64,000 nt of DNA from a virus. The stretch is taken from IMG/VR virus record IMGVR_UViG_3300024999_000045, positions 1-64,000 of that record. The stretch is one strand, 5' to 3'. The position numbers and the translations under genes are program-made. Positions 50,197 through 60,858 of the stretch are shown one piece after another. Numbering within the stretch: position 1 is the first letter of the stretch; the number at the start of each line of letters is the position of its first letter. Under the pieces are notes generated by a model. It saw only the letters and a list, made by a program, of their open reading frames with translations. It was not told where the DNA came from and did no database searches.

Positions 50197-53100
50197 ATGA
50201 TATATAATAATTACCATAAACATGACCATTATTCAAATACTAGAACACCAGATGTTATAGTAAAACCAGAAGATTATATTAGTAGGCTATTAGAATTAGG
50301 TCATACACATTATTTTACAACTAATCACGGTTGTAGTGGAAATGTTTTTGAAGCTTATGATTTATGTAAGAAAAATGATTTGAAAATGGTTTATGGTATG
50401 GAAATGTATTATGTTGATGATAGATTTGAAAAAAACAGAAAAAACTTTCATATAATTGTAATCGGACTAACTAAAAATGCTTATTATCATATAAATAGAA
50501 TATCCTCAGAAGCTAATAAAACAGGTTTTTATTATCACCCAAGAGTAGACAGAGAATTATTATTAAGTTTACCTAAAGATGAAGTAATAATTACAACAGC
50601 ATGTATAAATAATAGAATATTTGGTGGTGAAAACGGCATTGAAGAGTTTTTAATTCCACTAAAAGAACATTTTAACAATAATTTTTTATTAGAAGTTCAA
50701 AATCACAATCACCAAATCCAAATTGAATGGAATAAAAAAATATTAGAATTATCAAAAAAATATTCAATTTCAATTATACATGGAAATGATTCACATTATA
50801 TTTATCCTGAACAATCTAAAGATAGAGTAGAATTTTTAAAAGGAAAAGGTATGAATTATGGAGATGAAGATTCTTTTATTTTAGATTTTCCAAATTATGA
50901 AACAATATTAAATAGATATAAAAATCAAGGAGTTTTAAATGATGAACAAATTTACCAATCTTTAGAAAATACTTTAATTTTTGATAAAGCTGAGGATTTA
51001 AATTTTACAAAAGAAATAAAAATGCCAACTATATATCCAAATTTAACACCACATGAAAGACTTTTAAAACTTAAAGACATAATAGTTGATAAATGGAATA
51101 AAGAATCTAAAAACATTCCAATAAATGAACACAAAAAGTATAAAGAAGCAATAAAATTTGAAATGAAGATATTAAAAGAAACAAATGAAGTTAAAACATC
51201 AGATTATTTTCTGATTAATGAAAAAATAATAGATATTGGTGTAAATAAATACGACGGAATTCTAACAAGGACGGGTCGTGGATGTTTTACAGAAGATGCA
51301 CTTGTTCACACAAAAAATACATTGAAATCAATCAAAGATATTAAAATTGGTGATGAAGTTATTACAAAAGATGGTAAATTTAATAAAGTAATAAATACTA
51401 TGGCGTATGACGTAAATGAAAAGTTAATTCAAATTAAACATTTATATGGTACTGATAAATATTATCCTACAATATGTACTTCAGACCACAAAATTTTAAT
51501 AAATAGAAATGGGAAAGTAGAATGGATTGCTGCCAAAAACATTATAAAATCAGATTTTGTATGTGTTCCAAAAATAAAAAGTCAATCAATATTGCCAGGG
51601 TATATTGATTTAAATAATTATAATATTTTTGGTTATGAATTTGATGAAAAATATATATATGAATATTCACCATATATTAATAATGAATATACATATTCTC
51701 CTACGGAAGTTTCTAGAACAATAGGAGTAGGAAAAAGTGTTTTTGAAAAATTTGCTAATGGAGATAAAAATGTTTTGACTAATAAAAAATATTGGGCAAG
51801 AGAAAAATTTTTTGAATTATTTCCTTTTAATACACAAGAAGATTATGTTAAATATATAAAACAGAAAAGAACGAAAAAAATTAATCGTTATATCAAATTA
51901 GATAAAACATTTAATCAATTTATAGGTTTAATGTACGGAGATGGATTTGCACCAAAAAATAGACCTTATACAATTGGATTAGCTATAAATAATACAACTA
52001 AAAAAGATGAAATTAACAGAAAAATATTTTTTGAGATTGCATATAAATTTAATATTGATGTTTATGAAAATAAAAGTAAAATAAAAAAATTATCTCAATT
52101 AACAATAAATTCAAATATTATTTCGAGATTTATTAGAGCTGATTTGTTTATATCTCAACAAAATAAAGAGAAACAATTTAATAATAAGTGGTTTAATCAA
52201 GATAAAAATAATTTGATTGGAATAATCGAGGGTTTAAGATTTTCCGATGGAAGTTTTCCATGTGAAAATCAAACAGATAGACGAATAAATTTTGATAATA
52301 CTTCTAAATCAATAGTGAATGCTTATAAAATTTTATGTTTAATGACAGATGAAGGTATTAACAGTCTAAATGTAAGACCTTCATGGTTAGATAAAAGTAA
52401 TTATAAATGTAAAGAAAGTTATAAATTAAGAATTAATAAAAATTCAGATGATGCAAAAAAAATAACAGAAAGAACTTTTCAAGATGATAATTATTGGTAT
52501 CTACCAATAAAAGAGGTTGTATTTTTACCAAAGCAAAAGACAAAAGTTTATGATATAACGGTTGAAAATGAACATAATTATCTATTAAATAATATGATAG
52601 TACATAATTCGGCAGTATCTTTTTATATTAATAAACTCTTAGGATTTACTGAAGTAGATAGATTAAAAGCAGATGTTCCATTATATCCAACAAGGTTTAT
52701 GAGTGTTTCAAGAGTTCTTGGTACTAAGTCAATGCCCGATATAGATTTTAACACTGCAAACCCTGAACCATTTATTAAAGCAAGTAAAGATGTTTTAGGT
52801 GAAGACGGCGTTTATTATATGATTGCTTATGGTACTATGAAAGAGTCTGGTGCTTTTAGAAATCTTTGTAGGGCTAGAGGTATGGAAGTTCAAGAATATA
52901 ATGAGGTAGCAAAAGATTTAGAAAAATATATAAATGACTCAAAATGGAAAGATTTAATAGAAGAATCCAAAAAATTTATAGGTGTTATTGATTCGATTTC
53001 ACCCTCTCCTTGTAGCTTTTTATTATTAGATAAACCAATATCTAAAGAAATAGGTTTAATAAGAGTAGGGAATGAAATATGTTGTTGTATAGATGGATAT

Positions 53101-54642
53101 ACATCAGATGTATGGAAGTTTTTGAAAAATGATATTTTAACTGTTAGTGTTTGGGATATAATTTCTAAGACATATAAATTGTTAAATAAACCAATACCAA
53201 ATATAGAAGAATTAAAAATGCAATTAAATGATGATGTTTGGGAATTATATAAGAATAAAATAACTGCAACAATGAACCAAGTTAATACTGAATGGGCGAC
53301 TAATTTAGTAAGTAAATATTCACCAAAGTCTGTTGCAGAGTTAACAGCATATGTTGCTGCCATTCGTCCTTCATTCTCTTCTTTATTAAATGGTTTCTTA
53401 AATAGAGAAGAATATTCTACGGGAACACCAGAGCTAGATGAATTATTAGAATCTTCATTTAATTATCTTTTATATCAAGAAAATTTGATGCAATATTTTA
53501 CTTGGTTAGGAATAGAAGAAGATATAACTTATGATTTGATTAAAAAAATTGCAAAAAAGAAGTTAGATGAAAAAGAATTAGTTAAATTAGAAAAAGTTTT
53601 ACATAAAAATTGGATAGATAAAATAGGCAATGACGATAAATTTAAAGAAACTTGGCAAGTAATACAAAACAGTGCAGAATATGGGTTTAATGCAAGTCAT
53701 GCATTATCAGTAGCATTAGATAGTTTATATGGTGCAAATTTAAAAGCTAAATATCCATTAGAATATTATACTGTAATATTAAATATGTATGAAACCAATA
53801 CAGAAGAAACTGCTAAAATATTGTCTGAATTAAAATATTTTAATATTGAATTAAAAAACATTCAGTTTGGTAAGTCAAGGTCAGAATATTCATTTAATAA
53901 AGAATTAAATACAATTCACAAAAGTATATCTTCTATAAAATTCCTTAACGCAAAAATAGCAGATGAGTTATTTGAATTATCAAAAGAATATAAATATAAT
54001 AACTTTATAGAATTATTAAAAGATATAAAAGAAAAAACTAGTGTGAATTCAAGACAATTAAAAATACTAACTGGATTAAACTTTTTTAGTGAATTTGGTA
54101 AAAATAAAAAGTTACTTGAAATAACTGAATTGTTTGAAAATTTTTATGAAAGAAAACAGATTAAAATAAATGAGATTGAAAAATTACAGATAGATTTAAA
54201 TGTTTTAGAACGTTGTAGTAATAAACAAACTGAAAAATTATATAAAGAATTAGATATGGAAAAATATTTAAAAATTGTGATTAAAGATATTGAAGATAAA
54301 GCACTTTCGATTAAAGATGAAGTAAAATTTCAAATGGAATATCTTGAATATACTGAATATACCAATGAAAAAATTGAAAGTAATATGTATATTGTTATAG
54401 AACATAAGACTTTTCAGGATAAAAGTAAACCATATATAACTTTAAAACAAATTAAAACTGGTCTAGAAATAAAGACTAAGGTAAAAAATTCTAAATTATT
54501 TATTGAAAATCAATTTAAATTATTTGATATTTTAAAAATTGATAAGTTTAAAATTCAAAAGAAGAAAAAAAATATTGGTGGAAATAATTGGGTTGAAACC
54601 GATGAAGATGAACAAATTTTAGATATATGGGAGGTGTTTTAG
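50197..54642 (+). CDS. dnaE: DNA polymerase III alpha subunit (DnaE) containing an intein
   Basis: PHP domain HKHDHYS...TTNHG, GRG|S, MPDIDFN, YLLYQE, YGFNASHA. Confidence 0.93.
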   Translation: MIYNNYHKHDHYSNTRTPDVIVKPEDYISRLLELGHTHYFTTNHGCSGNVFEAYDLCKKNDLKMVYGMEMYYVDDRFEKNRKNFHIIVIGLTKNAYYHINRISSEANKTGFYYHPRVDRELLLSLPKDEVIITTACINNRIFGGENGIEEFLIPLKEHFNNNFLLEVQNHNHQIQIEWNKKILELSKKYSISIIHGNDSHYIYPEQSKDRVEFLKGKGMNYGDEDSFILDFPNYETILNRYKNQGVLNDEQIYQSLENTLIFDKAEDLNFTKEIKMPTIYPNLTPHERLLKLKDIIVDKWNKESKNIPINEHKKYKEAIKFEMKILKETNEVKTSDYFLINEKIIDIGVNKYDGILTRTGRGCFTEDALVHTKNTLKSIKDIKIGDEVITKDGKFNKVINTMAYDVNEKLIQIKHLYGTDKYYPTICTSDHKILINRNGKVEWIAAKNIIKSDFVCVPKIKSQSILPGYIDLNNYNIFGYEFDEKYIYEYSPYINNEYTYSPTEVSRTIGVGKSVFEKFANGDKNVLTNKKYWAREKFFELFPFNTQEDYVKYIKQKRTKKINRYIKLDKTFNQFIGLMYGDGFAPKNRPYTIGLAINNTTKKDEINRKIFFEIAYKFNIDVYENKSKIKKLSQLTINSNIISRFIRADLFISQQNKEKQFNNKWFNQDKNNLIGIIEGLRFSDGSFPCENQTDRRINFDNTSKSIVNAYKILCLMTDEGINSLNVRPSWLDKSNYKCKESYKLRINKNSDDAKKITERTFQDDNYWYLPIKEVVFLPKQKTKVYDITVENEHNYLLNNMIVHNSAVSFYINKLLGFTEVDRLKADVPLYPTRFMSVSRVLGTKSMPDIDFNTANPEPFIKASKDVLGEDGVYYMIAYGTMKESGAFRNLCRARGMEVQEYNEVAKDLEKYINDSKWKDLIEESKKFIGVIDSISPSPCSFLLLDKPISKEIGLIRVGNEICCCIDGYTSDVWKFLKNDILTVSVWDIISKTYKLLNKPIPNIEELKMQLNDDVWELYKNKITATMNQVNTEWATNLVSKYSPKSVAELTAYVAAIRPSFSSLLNGFLNREEYSTGTPELDELLESSFNYLLYQENLMQYFTWLGIEEDITYDLIKKIAKKKLDEKELVKLEKVLHKNWIDKIGNDDKFKETWQVIQNSAEYGFNASHALSVALDSLYGANLKAKYPLEYYTVILNMYETNTEETAKILSELKYFNIELKNIQFGKSRSEYSFNKELNTIHKSISSIKFLNAKIADELFELSKEYKYNNFIELLKDIKEKTSVNSRQLKILTGLNFFSEFGKNKKLLEITELFENFYERKQIKINEIEKLQIDLNVLERCSNKQTEKLYKELDMEKYLKIVIKDIEDKALSIKDEVKFQMEYLEYTEYTNEKIESNMYIVIEHKTFQDKSKPYITLKQIKTGLEIKTKVKNSKLFIENQFKLFDILKIDKFKIQKKKKNIGGNNWVETDEDEQILDIWEVF
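51283..52608 (+). mobile_element. Intein with LAGLIDADG homing endonuclease in DnaE (442 aa)
   Basis: Cys1 CFTEDALV after TGRG; ends IVHN before Ser+1; FIGLMYGDG and IEGLRFSDG motifs. Confidence 0.92.
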
Positions 54643-57600
54643 TGACAGAAAATATTATTGAGTTTGAGTGTGTGCCCGAAATATTAGTACATAACTCTGA
54701 GAATTACAAGATATATGGTGTTTCAGTTAATACAGATATATATAAAAATATTAAGATCAATAAGTATGGAAATGCAACTATTGTAGGTGATATCCATGAT
54801 TTGGGGATAGGTATAAATTATCAAGTAAAAGCAATTGAAGAAAGCAATAAGTTTGGAATAAGTTATAAAGTAATGAATATAAGAAGAGACGTACCAGTAA
54901 ATTCTGATTCAACAAGAACTTTTTTATCTGAAATTCTTACACCAATACAAGTTGATTCTATATTAAATGCTTATCCTGATATAATAGATAGAGTTATTAA
55001 AGGAAAAACAGATGATATTGACCTACAAAAAACACCACATATTAAAGAATATATATTTAATGTTATAAAAAGAAAGATAACCGAAAATTTTGTTTTTGCA
55101 GAATTAGTAGATACATTTAAAGGTTTAATAGACTTTAATACATTAAAGAAACTTTATGAGAAATATCCTTCATCAACACAGATTAAAAAAGCATTAAAAA
55201 CTCAACCTTATGAAAGTCTCTGCAAACTTTCTAGAGTTGGATTTAAAAGAGCAGATAGTATATTACTTGCTTATGATTTAGAATCAAAAGAATCTCTTAA
55301 AAAAGGTGAAGAAATACCATTTATATTCGAATTTGATTTAAAAACTTCTAAACAAAGAGGAAAATCGGCTTTAATGTATTTATTAGAAGAAAATGAGTCT
55401 AGTGGTAATACAAGAATTAGTCTATCAGAGACAAAAAATCAGTATGATAAATTGGTTCCAGCTTGTAAAGAACACTTTATTGATATAATAAAAACTGAAG
55501 AAGATATATATTTAGATAAAAATACTAAATGTTTGGCTTTAAAATCAACTTATGATATTGAAAGATATATTTCTGATAGAATTTTAGAAGGTTTAAAAAT
55601 TAAAAATGTTTGGGAATTTGATTGTGAAAAATATAGAATATTTGAAGAAATTTCATTAATAGATGAACAGACTAGTATTTTGTATAAAATATGTAATAAT
55701 AATGTTAGTATTCTTAATGGGTCAGCCGGATGTGTCGATTGTGATACAGAATATTTTAATGGTTTTCAGTGGAAAAAAATATCTGAATATAATGGTGAGA
55801 ATGTTTTACAATACAATAAAGACGGAACTGCAAATTTAATCAAACCATCTTTATACCATAAATATCCAGAAAAAGATTTTTGTTTTATAAATAATACGTC
55901 GGGTTCAATAAATCAAGTTTTATCGCCGGAACATAATATAGTTTATTTAACCAGTAGACAAAACATAAACATAATAACATTAGAAGAAATGCTTAGAAGG
56001 CATAATGAAAGTCCTTTGGGATTTAGTGGTAAATTTATTACAACTTTTAAATATAATGGAGAAGGAATTGATTTGAGCAACGAAGAAATCAAGCTTATGA
56101 TGGCAGTAATTTGTGATGGTCATTTTGCAAGTAATACTAACTTATGCAGAATAAATTTAAAAAAGCAAAGAAAAAAAGATAAATTAGAAAAAATATTAAA
56201 TGATTTGGGAATTAATTATAAAAAAACAATAAGTTCTACGGAAGGATATCATGTTTATAGTTTTATTTCGCCAAGAAGAGAAAAGTTTTTTTCTGAATAT
56301 TGGTATAAATGCTCAAAAGAACAGTTGTCGATTATAACAAACGAAGTTTTATTTTGGGACGGTGCAGTTGATAAAATGGGAAGAAAAAGTTTTTCAACAT
56401 CCAATAAGCTTACCGCTGACTTTATTCAATTTGCATTTAGTGCTTGTGGATATAGAAGCACAATAAATATCCGTGATAGAAGAGGCGAATCTAAAATTAA
56501 TAATTCTAATGGAAAAGAATATATTAGGAAATCTATTGAATACACAGTGATTATATGTAAAAACCTAAACTCAAGTGTAAGTATATGCGCTAGAGCACCT
56601 AAAGAAAAATGTATAATAGAGAAATATGAATCAATAGACAATTATAAATATTGTTTTACAGTACCTTCTGGAATGTTAGTTTTAAGAAGAAATGATAAAA
56701 TATTTATTACAGGTAATTGTGGAAAGTCACAAACAACAAAAGCAGTTATCAACCTATTAAAAGACAATAATAAATCATTTAAACTACTTTCTCCAACTGG
56801 TAGAGCTGCAAAAGTTCTACAAGGATATACTGGTGAACAAACATCTACTATACATAGAGGTTTAGGTTATCAAGGAGAAGATAATTGGACTTATAATGAA
56901 AACAAAAAATTAGATTATGACATAATTATTGTAGATGAAGTCTCTATGGTTGACATATTTTTAATGGAAAAGTTATTAAAAGCAATAGATTTTTCTAAAA
57001 CAAAACTTTTATTAGTTGGAGATGGGTTCCAAATACCTTCGGTTGGTGCAGGAAATGTTCTTTTCGACTTATCAAACTCTGAAATTATTCCTATTACCAC
57101 TCTTACAAAAGTTTTTAGGTTTGGTGAAGGTGGAAAAATGACTGTTGCAACTATGACAAGACTTGGTGATAAATTCATTAAAGATGAACAGTCAGAATTA
57201 ACCACTTTTGGTGATGATAAAGATTATGTATATATGCCATTAAGACAAACAGAAATGTTGAAAAATGTTAAAGCATTATATAGTAAACTTTTGACAAAAG
57301 GTAAAAAACCAGAAGATATTTTAATTTTATCCTCATATAATAAAGGTGAATATGGTTCTATAGCCATAAACAATGAAGTTCAAAAAATAGCAAACCCTAA
57401 TTATATGAGGTCTAAAAGTATTAAACATGGTGAAACAGTATATTATGAAGATGATTTAGTAATACAATTAGTTAATAATTATAAGGCCAAACCATATATA
57501 GAAAATGATACTCTTAATGATTTTGATACTATTCAAATTGATGAAGAATTTATAGATGAAGATGAAGAAATTTTCATACCTAATGGTGAAATAGGAAAAA

Positions 57601-57923
57601 TAGTTAAAATAAAAGGTAATTATATGGTTATTAAATTTGATAATGAATTAATTAAATATACTATTGGTGAATTAAACCAAATCAAACTAGCATATTGTAT
57701 AACACTTCACAAATCTCAAGGGGGATCCGTGAATACAGTTATATTATTAACACCTAAATCTCATACTTATATGTTGAATGCAAATTTACTATATGTAGGT
57801 CAAACTAGAGCAACAGATAAAGTTTATCACTTTGGAGAACCTAAAACTGTAAATTTGGCAATAAAAAAGAAAGCTAACTTTGATAGAAAGACATTTTTAA
57901 GAGATATGATGGTTAAAGTTTAA
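54642..57923 (+). CDS. recD2: RecD2-like SF1B helicase containing an intein
   Basis: VGFKRAD HhH, Walker A GSAG|CGKS, LSPTGRAA, TIHRGL, IVDEVSMVD, LVGD..QIPSVG, AYCITLHKSQG. Confidence 0.9.
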   Translation: MTENIIEFECVPEILVHNSENYKIYGVSVNTDIYKNIKINKYGNATIVGDIHDLGIGINYQVKAIEESNKFGISYKVMNIRRDVPVNSDSTRTFLSEILTPIQVDSILNAYPDIIDRVIKGKTDDIDLQKTPHIKEYIFNVIKRKITENFVFAELVDTFKGLIDFNTLKKLYEKYPSSTQIKKALKTQPYESLCKLSRVGFKRADSILLAYDLESKESLKKGEEIPFIFEFDLKTSKQRGKSALMYLLEENESSGNTRISLSETKNQYDKLVPACKEHFIDIIKTEEDIYLDKNTKCLALKSTYDIERYISDRILEGLKIKNVWEFDCEKYRIFEEISLIDEQTSILYKICNNNVSILNGSAGCVDCDTEYFNGFQWKKISEYNGENVLQYNKDGTANLIKPSLYHKYPEKDFCFINNTSGSINQVLSPEHNIVYLTSRQNINIITLEEMLRRHNESPLGFSGKFITTFKYNGEGIDLSNEEIKLMMAVICDGHFASNTNLCRINLKKQRKKDKLEKILNDLGINYKKTISSTEGYHVYSFISPRREKFFSEYWYKCSKEQLSIITNEVLFWDGAVDKMGRKSFSTSNKLTADFIQFAFSACGYRSTINIRDRRGESKINNSNGKEYIRKSIEYTVIICKNLNSSVSICARAPKEKCIIEKYESIDNYKYCFTVPSGMLVLRRNDKIFITGNCGKSQTTKAVINLLKDNNKSFKLLSPTGRAAKVLQGYTGEQTSTIHRGLGYQGEDNWTYNENKKLDYDIIIVDEVSMVDIFLMEKLLKAIDFSKTKLLLVGDGFQIPSVGAGNVLFDLSNSEIIPITTLTKVFRFGEGGKMTVATMTRLGDKFIKDEQSELTTFGDDKDYVYMPLRQTEMLKNVKALYSKLLTKGKKPEDILILSSYNKGEYGSIAINNEVQKIANPNYMRSKSIKHGETVYYEDDLVIQLVNNYKAKPYIENDTLNDFDTIQIDEEFIDEDEEIFIPNGEIGKIVKIKGNYMVIKFDNELIKYTIGELNQIKLAYCITLHKSQGGSVNTVILLTPKSHTYMLNANLLYVGQTRATDKVYHFGEPKTVNLAIKKKANFDRKTFLRDMMVKV
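55731..56717 (+). mobile_element. Intein with LAGLIDADG domain in the RecD2 Walker A motif (329 aa)
   Basis: Cys1 CVDCDTEY; ends FITGN (Gly penultimate) before Cys+1; MAVICDG and LFWDG motifs. Confidence 0.9.
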
Positions 57924-57986
57924 TTAATTTAATATTTATTGTATAAAACATAAATATAATAACAAATCATACCCAAGGAGGTCAAA

Positions 57987-58175
57987 ATGAAGCAAAATTC
58001 ACCAATACTAATTGCACAGTTAGAAAACGCAAATGCGAGCATAAATTTAGCACTTTCTGAAATCAAGAATGTAGTGGTACCAAGGGTTACAGGGTTCGAA
58101 TATTTAGATAAAATCACCATTTTATTGAAACACTCAGAAAATGTCATAAATAACGTCATAGAGCAATTAAAATAA
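57987..58175 (+). CDS. Hypothetical protein
   Basis: AAGGAGG RBS. Confidence 0.65.
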   Translation: MKQNSPILIAQLENANASINLALSEIKNVVVPRVTGFEYLDKITILLKHSENVINNVIEQLK

Positions 58176-58195
58176 CTAATTTGGAGGAATTTGAG

Positions 58196-60628
58196 ATGAA
58201 AATTGAAAATCCAGTCTTATACAGTATATGGGAAGATAGATATAAGAAAAATAATGAATCTTTAGATGATAATTTAAAACGTGTTGCAAAATATTGTTCA
58301 TATAATGAAGAAGAAGAAAAAAGTTTTTATGAGATGATGGATAAAGGTTTGTTTTTTCCAGCAGGTAGAACAATGAGTAATGCTGGTATTGGAATGGATT
58401 TAACTTTAAATAATTGTTTCGTTGCTCCACAAATAAAAGATAATTTAGATGATATATTTTCAAAAGTTGCTTTAGGAGCTAAAACACATCAAAGAGGTGG
58501 TGGAATTGGTTATGATTTTAGTCAACTAAGACCTAATGGTAGCCCAACATCTAATGACGCAATAGCTTCTGGATCAGTAAGTTTTATGGATGTTTTTAAC
58601 GCACAAACTTCGACGATATTGCAAGGGAATAGACGTGGAGCGAATATGGGAGTTATGAATATATATTCTATGGATATTGAAGAATTCATAACTTCAAAGT
58701 CAAAAGATGCAAATAAGTTAAATCATTTTAACATCTCAGTAATGGTAGACGATGATTTTATGATTGCCAAAAATAATAATCAAGATATAGAATTGCATTT
58801 CCCAGTATATGATGAAAATGGGAATATATTAAAAGATGAATCTAAATGGAAATACAAAAAAAGTATAAATGCTAAATATTTATGGGATTTAATAATACAA
58901 AATGCTTATAACACAGGGGAGCCAGGAGTATTCTACTACAATAATATGAATAATGATAATAATTTATGGTATATTGAAAAAATAGTTTGTAGCAATCCTT
59001 GTGCTGAATATTTAGCAGGAACAATATATGGTAAAAATCCACAAACTGGTAAAATATTAAATGCAAATGATTTCGGTGGAGCATGTAATTTAGGCAGCTT
59101 AATGTTACATAATTTTGTAGATAATGCTTTTAAAGAAAATGCAGTAATTAATTATGCATTATTAGAAAAAAGTATTGGTCATGCTGTGAGATTTTTAGAT
59201 AATATAATAGATATAAATAAATATCCAGATGAAATATATAAAAACTATCAAACTAATTTTAGAACAATAGGATTAGGTATAACTGGCTTAGCAAATATGT
59301 TAGTTATGCTTAATATAAAATATGGTTCAATTGAATCATTAGAATTTATAGATAAATTAATGAACTTTATAACTAAAAATATATACAAAGCATCAATTAA
59401 TTTAGCAAAAGAAAAGGGAAGTTTTAATTTTCTAGATAAAGATAAATTTATCCAAAGTCAATTTATTACTAAACATATTAAAATTGATCCAGAGTGGAAT
59501 GAAATACTTGAAGATATTAAAATATATGGAATTAGAAATTCAAAAATGATATCAGTAGCTCCTACTGGAACAATGAGTTTAACTTATGGTGGTAATTGCT
59601 CTTCTGGATTAGAACCAATTTTTAGTTTATCATATGAAAGAAAGGTTAAAATTGGAAGTCAATCAGATGAAGATATTCAAATAGTAAAAATGGAAGATTA
59701 TTCATATAAATTATGGCAAGAAGTTAAAGATGGAAATATAGTAGAAAAAAATAAATTTGCAACAGCTATGGATTTAACGGTTAAAGAACATTTGGAAATG
59801 TTAAAAACAATCAATTTTCATGTTGATATGTCTTCAAGTAAAACAATTAATATACCAATTAATTATTCTTTTGAAGACACAAAATTAGTATATGATTATT
59901 GTTGGGAAAATGGAGTAAAAGGATGCACTATTTTTAGACCAAATGAAATTAGACAAGGTATTTTAATGACTGATGTAAAAAAAGAAGATAAAGATGAAGA
60001 AAAAATTGTTGAAAAAACAAGTTATTCTCTCCAACGTGGAGATATACTTTTAACAGATGATGGTTTAATTGGTAGAAAGAGAAAATTAACTACTGGGTGT
60101 GGATCTTTACACATGACGGCATTTTTTGAGGCTTCAACTGGGGAATTTTTGGAATTGTTTTTATCAAAAGGGTCTTCAGGAGGATGTAATAATACACTTA
60201 CTGGGTTATCAAGAATGGTTTCTTTAGCAGCAAGAGGCGGAATAGATATACATTCTATAATCGACCAATTAAAAAGTAGTGGCACTTGCCCATCTTATGC
60301 TGTTAGAAAAGCATTAAAAAATGATACATCTATAGGAAGTAGTTGCCCAATTGCAGTTGGAATGGCTCTATTAGAAATGCATAAAGAGATACAAGAAGAA
60401 ATTGATGATGAAGAGTTTATTGAAGAAGTAAAATTTGTTAGTATTAAGGAGCCTAGTAACGTAAAAGAAGAAATTTTTTCACAAGAACAACTTGAAAAAA
60501 TAAAAAAATATGGGGAAATTAGTTTTGCTAAAGAATATAATATTTGCCCAAGATGTGCAACAAAACTAAATCATGTAGAGGGTTGTATTTCTTGTTTATC
60601 TGGGTGTGGTTGGTCAAAATGTGATTAA
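58196..60628 (+). CDS. nrdJ: Class II (adenosylcobalamin-dependent) ribonucleotide reductase with C-terminal TSCPD-like/zinc-ribbon extension
   Basis: NNCFV, GGGIG, RRGANM, GEPG, SNPCAE, ACNLGS, APTGT, KGCTIFR; C-terminal GCGSLH...GTCPS and CPRC...CxxC; no ATP cone, no NrdB in window. Confidence 0.88.
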   Translation: MKIENPVLYSIWEDRYKKNNESLDDNLKRVAKYCSYNEEEEKSFYEMMDKGLFFPAGRTMSNAGIGMDLTLNNCFVAPQIKDNLDDIFSKVALGAKTHQRGGGIGYDFSQLRPNGSPTSNDAIASGSVSFMDVFNAQTSTILQGNRRGANMGVMNIYSMDIEEFITSKSKDANKLNHFNISVMVDDDFMIAKNNNQDIELHFPVYDENGNILKDESKWKYKKSINAKYLWDLIIQNAYNTGEPGVFYYNNMNNDNNLWYIEKIVCSNPCAEYLAGTIYGKNPQTGKILNANDFGGACNLGSLMLHNFVDNAFKENAVINYALLEKSIGHAVRFLDNIIDINKYPDEIYKNYQTNFRTIGLGITGLANMLVMLNIKYGSIESLEFIDKLMNFITKNIYKASINLAKEKGSFNFLDKDKFIQSQFITKHIKIDPEWNEILEDIKIYGIRNSKMISVAPTGTMSLTYGGNCSSGLEPIFSLSYERKVKIGSQSDEDIQIVKMEDYSYKLWQEVKDGNIVEKNKFATAMDLTVKEHLEMLKTINFHVDMSSSKTINIPINYSFEDTKLVYDYCWENGVKGCTIFRPNEIRQGILMTDVKKEDKDEEKIVEKTSYSLQRGDILLTDDGLIGRKRKLTTGCGSLHMTAFFEASTGEFLELFLSKGSSGGCNNTLTGLSRMVSLAARGGIDIHSIIDQLKSSGTCPSYAVRKALKNDTSIGSSCPIAVGMALLEMHKEIQEEIDDEEFIEEVKFVSIKEPSNVKEEIFSQEQLEKIKKYGEISFAKEYNICPRCATKLNHVEGCISCLSGCGWSKCD

Positions 60629-60640
60629 GGGTGAGCAGAT

Positions 60641-60829
60641 ATGCATGGTGATTGGGATAGTAGAGACCCTACACAAGACCAAAAGCAATGGCAAAATAAA
60701 TGGGTGTTGTGGGAATTATTAATTTTAAGAAGAAATAATGGAAGTAATAAAAAACAAAACGTAAAAAATACACTTCACCCTATTTTAATTTTAAATAAAA
60801 GAGCATTAAATTTAAAAAAGAATAATTAA
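60641..60829 (+). CDS. Possible small hypothetical protein
   Basis: ORF with AGGGTG RBS. Confidence 0.35.
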   Translation: MHGDWDSRDPTQDQKQWQNKWVLWELLILRRNNGSNKKQNVKNTLHPILILNKRALNLKKNN

Positions 60830-60858
60830 ATATAATTATAATAACAAAGGAGAATATA

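Noticed and set aside
58196-60628. Group I intron or intein in the RNR gene
   Set aside because: The ORF is continuous and all catalytic motifs are at normal spacing.
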